DNA of 64,000 nt from Nitriliruptoraceae bacterium (GTDB taxonomy: Bacteria > Actinomycetota > Nitriliruptoria > Nitriliruptorales > Nitriliruptoraceae), in assembly GCA_047921175.1 (NCBI GenBank), contig JBLRWQ010000003.1:4534-68533 (forward strand), given 5' to 3'. This document shows positions 27,072-36,005 of the stretch, in pieces. The notes under the pieces were generated by a model that saw nothing but the letters and a program-made list of their open reading frames with translations, did not search any database and had not been told where the DNA came from. The position numbers were made by a program, and so were the translations under genes. Each line of letters starts with the position of its first letter. The first letter of the stretch is position 1.

Positions 27072-27911
27072 TCAGTCGCCCCGGAAGCGCTGCTCCCGCC
27101 AGGGGTCCCCGAGATCGTGGTAGCCCCGCTCCTCCCAGTACCCGCGCACCTCACGGTCGAGCAGGCGCAGCTCCGTCACCCACTTGACCGACTTCCAGCC
27201 GTACAGGTGCGGGACGACCAGCCGCAGCGGCCCGCCGTGTTCCCGCGCCAGGGGCCGGCCGTCGTGCGCCCAGGCGAGCAGGACGTCGTCGCGGCACAGG
27301 TCGGCCAGGGCCAGGTTGGTGCTGTAGGCCGGATACCCCGACACGACCGCGTGGGTCGCCTCGGGTCGGACGCCCGCCCGCGCCAGCACGTCCGCGACGC
27401 GCACCCCGGTCCAGGTGTTGTCCAGCCGGCTCCAGGTCGTCACGCAGTGCAGATCCCGGGTCAGCGAGACCACCTCGAGCGCCGCCAGGTCCGCGAACCG
27501 CAGCACGAGCCGCGCCGTGACCAGCCCGGTGACCACCACCCGGACGTCAGGGCGGTCCCAGTCCGGCGCCCGACCCACGTGCAGGACCGGGAAGCCGGCG
27601 GTCAGGTGCTGGCCGGGCGGGACACGGTCCGGGTCGTCGGTCGCCGTCGGGGGGACCGCGACCTCGGGGCTGGGTCCGAGCAGCGTGGCCACCTCGACCG
27701 CATCCAGGTCCGCGACCCGCCGCGCGATCGCACCGGCCAGCTCGAGGCGCAGATCGTCGTCGACGACCGCATCGAGGTGGTCGCGCGCCTCGGACAGCAG
27801 ACGGGCGAGCTGCTCACGGACCGGCGCCACCTCGGTGCGTGCGGGCGCGGCCTTGCGGATGTCGTCCGCACGGCGCAGCAGGCGCGCGATCGTCGCTGCC
27901 GCCTCGGCCAT
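27072..27911 (-). CDS. sulfite-oxidase-like molybdopterin-dependent oxidoreductase with an N-terminal helical extension of about 85 aa
   Basis: The C-terminal 190 aa match the short Moco oxidoreductase type: PPGQHLTAGFPVLHVG, LHCVTTWS, GGPLRLVVPHLYGWKSVKWV and GYWEERGYH. Confidence 0.8.
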   Translation of the reverse strand: MAEAAATIARLLRRADDIRKAAPARTEVAPVREQLARLLSEARDHLDAVVDDDLRLELAGAIARRVADLDAVEVATLLGPSPEVAVPPTATDDPDRVPPGQHLTAGFPVLHVGRAPDWDRPDVRVVVTGLVTARLVLRFADLAALEVVSLTRDLHCVTTWSRLDNTWTGVRVADVLARAGVRPEATHAVVSGYPAYSTNLALADLCRDDVLLAWAHDGRPLAREHGGPLRLVVPHLYGWKSVKWVTELRLLDREVRGYWEERGYHDLGDPWREQRFRGD

Positions 27912-28063
27912 GGGGTGCCTCCGTGTCTCGGCGCGGGTGGGAGGGGGGGAACCGGACCGTCCCTGCGGCAGCCTGGCACATCCCGCGTTCGGGGTCGATG
28001 CGACGCGGGTGCGGCGCCGGTGGCAGACTCGCGCGCACCCCTGCCCGCACCCGAGGAGCCCCC

Positions 28064-28597
28064 ATGGCCCGCATCCTGACCGTCGACGGCCACACCCCCC
28101 ACGTGGATCCCGCGGCCTTCGTGGCCGAGACCGCGGTGGTCGCCGGCCAGGTGCGCCTGGCTGCCGGGGCGTCGATCTGGTTCGGCTGCGTGCTGCGATC
28201 CGAGCGCAGCACGATCACCATCGGCCGCGACACCAACCTGCAGGACCTCACGGTCGTCCACACCGACGACGGCGTGCCCACCACCATCGGGGACCGTGTG
28301 ACCGTCGGGCACCGGGCGCTCCTGCACGGCTGCACGGTCGAGGACGATGCCCTGATCGGGATGGGGGCCATCCTGCTGAACGGCTCCCACGTGGGCGCAG
28401 GTGCGGTGGTCGCCGCCGGTGCCGTGGTCCGCGAGGGCCAGCACGTCCCACCCGGTGCGCTCGCGGTCGGCGTCCCGGCCCGGGTCCGCGAGGACGTCGA
28501 GCTGCCCGAGGTCCCCCGCCGCAACGTCGCCGGCTACCTCGCGCTCGCCGAGCTCTACCGCGAGGCGGGCCCCACCGACGCACGGCCAGCGCGATGA
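28064..28597 (+). CDS. gamma-carbonic-anhydrase-like left-handed beta-helix protein (YrdA/PaaY family)
   Basis: The ATG at 28064 follows GAGGAG. Hexapeptide repeats are present, plus IWFGCVLR...IGRDTNLQDLTVVH...VGHRALLHGC with conserved His residues. Confidence 0.85.
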   Translation: MARILTVDGHTPHVDPAAFVAETAVVAGQVRLAAGASIWFGCVLRSERSTITIGRDTNLQDLTVVHTDDGVPTTIGDRVTVGHRALLHGCTVEDDALIGMGAILLNGSHVGAGAVVAAGAVVREGQHVPPGALAVGVPARVREDVELPEVPRRNVAGYLALAELYREAGPTDARPAR

Positions 28598-29790
28598 GCG
28601 GACCGGGCGGGCCGGTGCCACCGGGCGGGTCGACCACCACGGCCACGCAGCGGATCCTGGGCGATCTGGTCGGGTTCGCGTCGGTGAGCCGGACCTCGAA
28701 CCTCGAGCTGCTCGGCTACGTCGAGGCCCTGCTCGATGCCCACGGGATCCCCCACCGCCGCGGCCTGGACCCGACCGGGACCCGCGGCAACCTCGTCGCC
28801 CGTCTCGGCCCCGCGGTCCCCGGTGGGGTGGTCCTCACCGGACACACCGACGTCGTCCCCGTGGCTGGCCAGGCCTGGACCACGGACCCGTTCCGGCTCC
28901 GCCGCGACGGCGACCGGCTGGTCGGGCGGGGCACCACCGACATGAAGGGCTTCCTGGCGAGCGTGCTCGCCCACGTGCCGGCCATGGCCGCGGCCGACCT
29001 GCAGCGACCGGTCCTGCTCGTGCTGACCTACGACGAGGAGATCGGCACCGTCGGGGCCCCGGGCGCCGTGGAGCTGCTGCTGGCGACCGAGCCACGCCCC
29101 GCGGCCGTGCTCGTGGGCGAGCCCACCGGCATGCTCCCCGTCGTCGCGCACAAGGGGGTCCGATCCTTCACGACCGTCGTGGAGGGCCGCGACGGTCACT
29201 CGTCGCAGCCGCAGCTGGCGGCCAACGCCCTTGCCGCGCTGGTCCGCATCGCGACCTTCATCGACGACCTGGCGGGCCGTGTCGCCGCAGGCCCGCAGGA
29301 CCCGAGCTTCGACCCGCCCTACACCACCTTCAACCTGGCCACGCTGACCGCCGGTCAGGCCATCAACATCGTGCCACGACGGGCCGAGCTGACCTGGGAG
29401 TACCGGCCGGTGCCCGCCGACGACGGCGAAGCGCTGGCCGACGAGGTGCTGCGCTTCGCGTCCGAGCAGGTGCTCCCGCGCCTCCAGGCCACCACCGGCG
29501 AGGGGACCATCACCACCCGGGCCGAGGCCGTGGCACGCGGGCTCCGACCCGAGGTCGACGGTGCCGCCGAAGCGCTCGTCCGCCGCCTCACGGGCTCGAC
29601 CGCACCGGGGGGGACGGTGCCCTACGGCACCGACGGCGGCCACTTCCAGGCCGCCGGGCTGTCGACGGTGGTCTGCGGACCGGGCTCGATCGAGCAGGCA
29701 CACCAACCGGACGAGTGGATCGCGACCTCGCAGCTGGCGGCCTGCGACGCGATGCTCGCCGCGCTCGTCGCCGAGCTGACCGGACCCTGA
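28594..29790 (+). CDS. M20-family deacylase, acetylornithine deacetylase (ArgE)-like
   Basis: The start forms an ATGA overlap with the preceding stop. Motifs are LTGHTDVVP, GRGTTDMKG and YDEEIG, plus the C-terminal GPGSIEQAHQPDEW. Confidence 0.82.
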   Translation: MSGPGGPVPPGGSTTTATQRILGDLVGFASVSRTSNLELLGYVEALLDAHGIPHRRGLDPTGTRGNLVARLGPAVPGGVVLTGHTDVVPVAGQAWTTDPFRLRRDGDRLVGRGTTDMKGFLASVLAHVPAMAAADLQRPVLLVLTYDEEIGTVGAPGAVELLLATEPRPAAVLVGEPTGMLPVVAHKGVRSFTTVVEGRDGHSSQPQLAANALAALVRIATFIDDLAGRVAAGPQDPSFDPPYTTFNLATLTAGQAINIVPRRAELTWEYRPVPADDGEALADEVLRFASEQVLPRLQATTGEGTITTRAEAVARGLRPEVDGAAEALVRRLTGSTAPGGTVPYGTDGGHFQAAGLSTVVCGPGSIEQAHQPDEWIATSQLAACDAMLAALVAELTGP

Positions 29791-29808
29791 CCCGGCCCCG
29801 CGGTCACC

Positions 29809-30348
29809 TCAGCCGTCGAGCGCGGCCAGCACCTCGGCGTGGACGCGGAGGTCGTCCGACGAGAACAGCACGAAGCGCACCAGCCGCAGCGGGGTGGGCT
29901 CGGCCAACATCTCGCGGACGGTGGACAGCGCCACCTCGGCGGCTTCCTGGACGGGGTAGCCGAACGCCCCCGTCGAGATGGCCGGGAACGCGACGCTCGC
30001 GAGCCCTTCGTCGGCCGCGAGCGCCAACGCCCGCCGGTAGCAGCTGGCCAGCAGCGCCGCGGCCGGCTCATCACGGCCGTGGACCGGCCCCAGCGCGTGC
30101 AGCACCCGGCGGTTGGGGAGCCGGAAGGCGTCGGTCGCCACCACCTCACCGGGAGCGATCGGCGCCAACGGGCGACAGGCCCGGTCCAGCTCGCGGCCCG
30201 CCGCCCGATGGATCGCCCCGGCGACACCGCCCCCGGGACGGAGCGCAGCGTTGGCGGCGTTGACGATCGCGTCGATGTCCGGCTGCTGGGTGATGTCCCC
30301 CTGCCGCAGCTCGATCCGGGCCGGGCCGATCACCAGCTCGCGACGCAC
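29809..30348 (-). CDS. macro-domain protein (O-acetyl-ADP-ribose deacetylase-like)
   Basis: The GTG at 30346-30348 follows GGAGGAGG. Motifs are LRQGDITQQPDIDAIVNAANAAL.PGGGVAGAIH and AFPAISTGAFGYP. The upstream part of the 372-aa track ORF is R/G-rich and was rejected. Confidence 0.85.
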   Translation of the reverse strand: MRRELVIGPARIELRQGDITQQPDIDAIVNAANAALRPGGGVAGAIHRAAGRELDRACRPLAPIAPGEVVATDAFRLPNRRVLHALGPVHGRDEPAAALLASCYRRALALAADEGLASVAFPAISTGAFGYPVQEAAEVALSTVREMLAEPTPLRLVRFVLFSSDDLRVHAEVLAALDG

Positions 30349-30651
30349 GCGGCCTCCTCCCGCCGGTCGCCACGACCGTAGGGGGACCGGACGCGCCGCG
30401 CGAGCACGCACCGTCCGTGTGGCCGGGTCCAGGCGACCGGGGGCCGCCCCGCCGCCCGCGCCGAGGACGGCAGCGAGGATCCCGACGAGCCCACCGGCGC
30501 GCCGGAGCCGGAGCTCGAGGACCCGACCGACCCCTGGGACGGTGACGAGGACACCGCCCCGGAGAGCGACGTCGAGCGGATCGCCGGGGAGCTGACGGAC
30601 GGCCGCAGCGAGCGCGAGGGGGCCTGGGGCGAGGACCTGCGTCTCGTCGAG

Positions 30652-31023
30652 GTGCGCGTCGGCGCCCACGACGGCTTCGACCGGGTCACCTTCGAGCTGG
30701 CCGGCGACGGCGAGGCGGGCGGGTGGATCGAGCCGCAGGAGGACCCGGTCGCCCAGGGCTCGGGGCGCCCCCTGGACGTGGCGGGCAGCACGACGCTGCT
30801 CATGGCGGTCCAGCCGCTGCCCTACCCCGAGGACGGCGAGCTGACGACCCCCGACCGGGTCGCGGCGCCCGCCGGCGCGACGATCCTGACCGAACTCGTC
30901 CAGGACAGCCTGTTCGAGGGCCAGCACCGCTTCGCGATCGGCCTGGAGAGGCCGGCTGCCTACGTCGTCGAACGGCTCGAGGACCCTGAGCGCGTGGTCA
31001 TCGACCTCGTCCCCCGCTCGTGA
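30652..31023 (+). CDS. hypothetical protein (possibly N-terminally truncated, see findings)
   Basis: 123-aa ORF from the GTG at 30652: RVGAHDGFDRVTFELAGDGEAGGWIEPQEDPV.... Composition is protein-like. The reading frame stays open for another 90 codons upstream without any ATG, GTG or TTG. Confidence 0.5.
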   Translation: MRVGAHDGFDRVTFELAGDGEAGGWIEPQEDPVAQGSGRPLDVAGSTTLLMAVQPLPYPEDGELTTPDRVAAPAGATILTELVQDSLFEGQHRFAIGLERPAAYVVERLEDPERVVIDLVPRS

Positions 31024-31047
31024 TCCCCGCGCGCACCTGGCACCCGG

Positions 31048-31728
31048 TCAGCAGCTCTCGCCCGGCCCGCAGGCCGCGTTGGCGTGCAGCTCGTTGAGCA
31101 CGCTCGGGAAGCCCTGGACCGCCTCGATGTGTGCCGCCGCACGGGCCTCATCGTCCTCCTCGATGCCGGCAAGCCCGTCGGCCAGGGCCGTGCAGACCCG
31201 GTCGAAGCTGGTGATGGCCCGTTCGTGCCAGGGTTCGGCGGCCGTCGGGGGCGCGAGACCGCGGACCTGACCCGTGACCTCGGCCCACGCATCCTGCAGC
31301 CCATGCAGCTGGTCCGCGTAGGCCACCTCGTCGCTGGCACCGGCCAGGTAGCCGTCGAGGTCGGCGGCCAGGTCCATGACCAGGATCTCGAGCTCGAAGT
31401 TGGCGTCGAGCATGGCCCGCTCGTACGCCGCCGGGTCGAGCTCGGTCGTCACCGGCTCGGCGGCGAGGTCACAGGTCGCCGCGGCCGGCTGGCCGGGGCC
31501 CGCCTGCGGGTCGGGCGCCGGCGCGTCGTCGGCGTCGGGGTCGGCCTGCCCGACCGCGCCATCCGGTCCGGGGTCCCCCTCGTCCAGCGCCGTCGCGACG
31601 TCCTCGGGCTCGGCCTGTGCGCCAGCCTCGGCGACGGGATCCTCCACCTCGAGACCCGCGCCGCCGCACGCGGTGAGCAGCACCGCCGCGACCACGCCGG
31701 CCGCCCATCCCGTCCGTGTGCTGCGCAT
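31048..31728 (-). CDS. secreted lipoprotein, unknown function
   Basis: The ATG at 31726-31728 follows GGAGGA. The signal peptide plus lipobox is MRSTRTGWAAGVVAAVLLTACGG. It is followed by an acidic Pro-rich linker and a helical C-terminal domain ending in CGPGESC. Confidence 0.7.
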   Translation of the reverse strand: MRSTRTGWAAGVVAAVLLTACGGAGLEVEDPVAEAGAQAEPEDVATALDEGDPGPDGAVGQADPDADDAPAPDPQAGPGQPAAATCDLAAEPVTTELDPAAYERAMLDANFELEILVMDLAADLDGYLAGASDEVAYADQLHGLQDAWAEVTGQVRGLAPPTAAEPWHERAITSFDRVCTALADGLAGIEEDDEARAAAHIEAVQGFPSVLNELHANAACGPGESC

Positions 31729-31742
31729 CCGGTCCTCCACGG

Positions 31743-34013
31743 TCAGGGCGTGTCGGGCGGGGACCACGCCGGCATCCCGGACATCACGTCCGCGAGTGGC
31801 CGGAGCCGCTCGTACCAGGTCTCCTCGGCGGGACGGCGTGCGGTCGGATGGAGCAGCTCGCGGAACCGCGACAGTGGCGTGAAGGTGACCTTGCCGCCGA
31901 TCAGGCCGCACATGGCGCTCTCGGGCGCGTCGGCCTCCAGCTCACCGAGCAGGTGATCGACGCAGCGCACCGCCAGCCGGGTCGCCTGGATGCGGTCGAA
32001 GGGGCTCGGGTCCCCACCCTGCTGCACGTGCCCGAGGATGGCCTGGCGCACGTCGAACAGCCCACCGCTCTCCTTCTCGAACAGCGCCCAGAGGAACGGG
32101 GTGGTGTAGACGTCATCCGCCCGCTCGCCACGGATGATGACCCCGAGCCGCTGCCCCTCGCGGAAGCGCTGGTTGAGGCACTCCACGTCGTGCTTGAGGC
32201 GGTCGAGGGTGATGCCCTCCTCGGGGGTGTAGACGAACTCCGCCCCCGTGGCGATCCCGCCCACCAACGCGAGGTAGCCGGACTCCTTGCCCATCACCTC
32301 GACCACGAACACCCGGGTGGAGGCCACGGCGGACTGCTTGATCTTGTCCACGTCCTCGACGATGGCGTTCAGCGCCGTGTCCGCACCGATCGCGAGGCCC
32401 GTGCCCGGCACGTCGTTGGAGATCGTGACCGGCAGGCACACGATGGGGATGTCGAGCTCCGGGTGGTCGCCGCGGGCCTGCCACAGCGCCTCCGCGGCCT
32501 GGTAGCCGTTGAAGCTGCCGAACATCAGCAGCCCCTCGATGCGGTGCTCGGCGATCTGTGCCGCGATGGCCGGCAGGTCCGCCTCCGGCGGCACGTAGCG
32601 CTTGGTGCCGAGCTCGGCGCCGCCCCGGGCGGTCCAGCCGTTGACCGACATCCAGTCGAGCTCCTCGATGCTGCCGTCACGCAGCCCGGGGAAGCCACCG
32701 CGGACCCCGACCACCTCGTGGCCGCGGTCCAGGATGGTGCGCACGGCGGCCCGCACGGCCGTGTTCATCCCCGGCGCCAGCCCGCCGCCGTGCACGATGG
32801 CGAGACGCTTGGGCTCCGGCCCGTCCTCGGGTCGCGGCCGCGGCCGTCCACGCACCAGGGTCCGCATCGTCTCGTAGGCCTCGACGAAGCCGCGCCCGCG
32901 CAGCTGCATGGCCTCCTCGAACCGCTTCTCCTTCAGCAGGTCGGCCATGGCCTGGGTCTTCTCGACCGCGTGCATCAGCGGCGAGGTCTCGATCCGGTTC
33001 TCCCGGATGCCGACCAGGAGCGCCTCCCCGGCGGCATTGCCGGCCGCGAGCTCCTGGACCGCGCGGTGGCCACAGCGGGTCCCGAGCACCCGGTCGAACG
33101 CGCTGGGTGAGCCGCCGCGCTGGACGTGCCCGAGCGTGGTGATGCGGGTGTCCTCGCCGAGCCCCTCGGCGAGGATGTCCCGCACCCGCTCGGCGGTGAT
33201 GCGGACGCCGTAGCGGTCCCGGGCGCCCTCAGCGAGGATGACGATGTTCTGCCGGCGGCCGATCCTGCGCCCGTCCTCGACGGTGCGACGCAGGGCATCC
33301 TCCCAGCTGACGGTCTGTGGCGGACGCTCGGGGATGAAGACCCACTGCGCCCCGCTGGCCAGGCCGGCCATGAGCGCCAGGTAGCCGCAGTTGCGCCCCA
33401 TCACCTCGACCACGAAGGAGCGCTGGTGGCTCGAGGCGGTGGACAGCAGCGCGTCGAGGGCCTCGGTGATGCGGTGCAGCGCGGTGTCGGTCCCGACGGT
33501 CATGTCGGTGCCGAACATGTCGTTGTCGATCGAGCCGACGATCCCGGCCAGCTGCAGCTGCGGGTGCGCGTCGGCCACGTCCTGCTCGAGCTCGCCGGCC
33601 TCGACCAGCTCGGCGAGCAGCTCGGGCCACTCGCTGGAGAGCAGGTTCGCCCCCGTCAGCGAGCCGTCGCCGCCGATCACCACCAGCGCGTCGATGTCGC
33701 GCTCGACGAGGTTGCGCGCCGCCTTGCGCCGGCCGTCCCGCGTCCGGAACTCCTGGCTGCGGGCGGTCCCGATGATGGTGCCGCCGCGGTGCAGGATGCC
33801 GCCGACGTGGTGGGACTGCGCCGCCACGATCGCCGGCCCACCGTCGACCATGCCGCGATAGCCCTCGTGGATGATGTAGGGCTGGATGCCCAGATGCAGC
33901 GCTGTGCGGACCACGCCGCGTACCGCGGCGTTCATCCCGGCGGAGTCTCCCCCACTGGTCAGGACCCCCAGGCTCTGGGGACGGTTCGCGGTCGCGTTGG
34001 TCGTGTCGGTCAC
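31743..34013 (-). CDS. tandem-fused (two-half) 6-phosphofructokinase, eukaryote-like architecture
   Basis: 756 aa from the GTG at 34011-34013 (GGAGA upstream). The N-half has GVLTSGGDSAGMNAAVRG, VIGGDGSLTGA, GIVGSIDND, EVMGRNCGYLAL and LGHVQRGGSPSAFDR. The C-half has HGGGLAPGMNTAVRA, FGSFNGYQA, LPVTISNDVPGT, EVMGKESGYLAL and LGHVQQGGDPSPFDR. Confidence 0.9.
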   Translation of the reverse strand: MTDTTNATANRPQSLGVLTSGGDSAGMNAAVRGVVRTALHLGIQPYIIHEGYRGMVDGGPAIVAAQSHHVGGILHRGGTIIGTARSQEFRTRDGRRKAARNLVERDIDALVVIGGDGSLTGANLLSSEWPELLAELVEAGELEQDVADAHPQLQLAGIVGSIDNDMFGTDMTVGTDTALHRITEALDALLSTASSHQRSFVVEVMGRNCGYLALMAGLASGAQWVFIPERPPQTVSWEDALRRTVEDGRRIGRRQNIVILAEGARDRYGVRITAERVRDILAEGLGEDTRITTLGHVQRGGSPSAFDRVLGTRCGHRAVQELAAGNAAGEALLVGIRENRIETSPLMHAVEKTQAMADLLKEKRFEEAMQLRGRGFVEAYETMRTLVRGRPRPRPEDGPEPKRLAIVHGGGLAPGMNTAVRAAVRTILDRGHEVVGVRGGFPGLRDGSIEELDWMSVNGWTARGGAELGTKRYVPPEADLPAIAAQIAEHRIEGLLMFGSFNGYQAAEALWQARGDHPELDIPIVCLPVTISNDVPGTGLAIGADTALNAIVEDVDKIKQSAVASTRVFVVEVMGKESGYLALVGGIATGAEFVYTPEEGITLDRLKHDVECLNQRFREGQRLGVIIRGERADDVYTTPFLWALFEKESGGLFDVRQAILGHVQQGGDPSPFDRIQATRLAVRCVDHLLGELEADAPESAMCGLIGGKVTFTPLSRFRELLHPTARRPAEETWYERLRPLADVMSGMPAWSPPDTP

Positions 34014-34241
34014 CGGGTCGTCTCCAGCTCGTCGGTGCGTCGGGTGCCGTGGCTCGAGGTGGCGGGCTCGCCGCGCCGCGGCCCCACAGGCCGGGTCACG
34101 GCAGGGACCGCAGCCGCTGGCGGTGCGCCGTGTGATCTGGCACACGTCGAACGTAGGCGGGATCGGTCAGCAACGGGGAGGTGACGAGCAGGTCCGCGGT
34201 GGCGTCGTGGGCCGCGAGCGCGATCGTGCGCACGGGGGCCG

Positions 34242-34586
34242 TCATGCCCAGCCCAGCTCGTGGAGGCGGTCGTCGTCGATACCGAGGTGGTGGGCGAACT
34301 CGTGCACCACGGTCACGTAGACCTCCTCGACGAGCTCGTCGTCATCCGAGGCCAGCGCGCACAGCGGGGATCGGAAGATGCGGATCACGTCCGGGGTGGC
34401 ACCGCTGTACTCCTCCCGCTCGGTCAGCGGGATCCCCTCGTAGATGCCGAGGAGGTCGGGCTCGTCCTCGTGCTCGTCCTGCACGAGCACGACCACGTTG
34501 TCGAACGCCTCCACGAGGGGCTCGGGCAGGGCGTCCATCGCCTGCCCGACCAGCTCCTCGAAGCGCGACATCGCGACCAGCTCCAT
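34242..34586 (-). CDS. small zincin-like metallopeptidase-family protein (DUF1025/Zincin_1-like)
   Basis: 114 aa, very acidic, with VVHEFAHHLGIDD (HExxH) near the C-terminus. An alternative start is MSRFEEL, 6 codons downstream. Confidence 0.7.
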   Translation of the reverse strand: MELVAMSRFEELVGQAMDALPEPLVEAFDNVVVLVQDEHEDEPDLLGIYEGIPLTEREEYSGATPDVIRIFRSPLCALASDDDELVEEVYVTVVHEFAHHLGIDDDRLHELGWA

Positions 34587-34596
34587 GCCTGCGAGG

Positions 34597-35751
34597 CTAC
34601 TGCGTGGCCAGGACCCAGCGTTCGAAGCCCGGGACGCTGAAAGCCAGCCGCCCGCGCGCCGGCGCCCAGCAGATCCCGAGGTCGAGCAGCGCCCGACGAG
34701 CCGGCGATGCGGCCTGGTGGGTCATGTCGACCACCTCGAGGAGGTCCCCCATCGCCGCGTCCCCACCCTGCTCCGCCAGGGCCTGGACGAGCAGCCGGGC
34801 ACGACCCGACGGCACACGCCGCCAGCGGGTGGCGTAGAAATCGTCCACCCGGACCCGGACCCGTGCACCGGCGGCCCGGGCCACGGGCAGGCTGACCCGG
34901 GCAGGGTCGGTGGCGAGGTCCCAGAGCGCCTCGCCCCACAGCTGCACGAACCAGGGGTACCCGCCCGAGGCGTCGTGGACCGCATCGACGACCGCCTCGT
35001 CCACCGCCGTCCCGTGCACCCGCTCGAACGGCCGACGGATCGCCTCGGCCGTCCCCGCATGGTCGAGGACGCCGAGGTCGACGCGACCGAGCCGCTCCGT
35101 GTAGGTCTGCCCCTCGTCGAACAGGTTCTCGGCCGCGGTGGGCAGGCCGGACAGGAGCACCCCCAGCGGTCGGTCGTCCTGCGCGGCACGGTGCGCGGCC
35201 CGCAGCAGCGGACCGAGCAGGACGTCGCCCGCCTCGTGGACCTCGTCCACGGTGAGCAGCACCCCCCGCTCGCGGCGTGCCGCCAGCTCGGCCAGGTCGC
35301 CGACGAGCGACTCGAAGGTCTGGGCATCGGCGCGGCCGGTCAACCGGGGCCCATCCGGTCCGTCGCGGACGACGGCGAGCCCGGTTGGCACACGACCGCC
35401 GCCGTCGGCGAGGAGCTCCGCCACCCCGCGCAGCACGACCGAGGTCGCCCGCGCCAGCTCCGTGTCGTCGCGGTCGGCCTCCAGGTGCACGGTCGCGAGC
35501 CCGAGCTCCCGGGCCCGCTGCCGGACGTAGGCGAGCAGTGCGGTCTTGCCCACTCCACGGACACCGCGGTAGAGGACGAACTCGGGCGCGACCCGGGCGC
35601 GAAGCTGCTCGACGACGATCCGGGCACGCAGCAGCGCGTCCTCCCGGCCACCGAAGTCCGGGGGGATCCGCCCCATCCCGGGACGGAACGGGTTGGACGC
35701 CGGGGGTAGCGCACCACCCCCGGCGATCGGCTCCTCGAAGGGGTTGGGCAC
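34597..35751 (-). CDS. AAA/ORC-Cdc6-like ATP-binding protein with a probable C-terminal winged-helix domain
   Basis: NPFRPG...PPDFGGRE lead-in, Walker A GVRGVGKTALL and Walker B VLLTVDEVHE. The C-terminal segment is RARLLVQALAEQGGDAAMGDLL. It starts at a GTG. Confidence 0.75.
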   Translation of the reverse strand: MPNPFEEPIAGGGALPPASNPFRPGMGRIPPDFGGREDALLRARIVVEQLRARVAPEFVLYRGVRGVGKTALLAYVRQRARELGLATVHLEADRDDTELARATSVVLRGVAELLADGGGRVPTGLAVVRDGPDGPRLTGRADAQTFESLVGDLAELAARRERGVLLTVDEVHEAGDVLLGPLLRAAHRAAQDDRPLGVLLSGLPTAAENLFDEGQTYTERLGRVDLGVLDHAGTAEAIRRPFERVHGTAVDEAVVDAVHDASGGYPWFVQLWGEALWDLATDPARVSLPVARAAGARVRVRVDDFYATRWRRVPSGRARLLVQALAEQGGDAAMGDLLEVVDMTHQAASPARRALLDLGICWAPARGRLAFSVPGFERWVLATQ

Positions 35752-35969
35752 CGGGCCCCCGGGTCGCGTGGCGCTGGTCGTCGGCCCCGGCGATGCTAGT
35801 GCCGCGCCGGGGCCTGGCCGTGCGGGTCAGGACGCCGTGCAGCTGTCCACAGCCGGTCCACAGCGCGCTGGTGCGCGACGTGTGTGCGCCCCGCAGGGCA
35901 GGAACTGGGGACAGCCTGGGGATGGACGGTGGACATCCTGTGACCTCGCGGTGAACTTCCCCGGTCCCC

Positions 35970-35999
35970 TGGACAACGAGCAGGTGAGCGGCGTAGCGT
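35970..35999 (+). promoter_or_regulatory. candidate housekeeping-sigma promoter (TGGACA-N18-TAGCGT)
   Basis: -35-like TGGACA at 35970-35975 and -10-like TAGCGT at 35994-35999 (TANNNT) with an 18-nt spacer. It sits inside an ORF-free region and points toward the structured segment. Pattern match only. Confidence 0.25.
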
Positions 36000-36005
36000 G
36001 CACCT

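Noticed and set aside
27912-28063. Sigma-54-like TGGCAC element (CCTGGCACATCCCGCGTT) upstream of the gamma-CA-like gene
   Set aside because: The downstream TTGC element at the required 5-nt spacing is absent, and actinobacteria generally lack sigma-54. This is most likely a chance match.
30113-30595. 160-aa plus-strand ORF and the 372-aa extended minus-strand ORF (29809-30927)
   Set aside because: The plus ORF is antisense to the macro-domain gene and R/P/S-rich. The minus ORF beyond 30348 is R/G-rich, and the GTG at 30348 has a perfect GGAGGAGG RBS and gives a complete macro domain.
35803-35964. 53-codon plus-strand ORF (MLVPRRGLAVRVRTPCSCPQ...) inside the long gap
   Set aside because: There is no RBS, the composition is R/P/C-rich, codon bias decays along its length, and it has no recognisable features.
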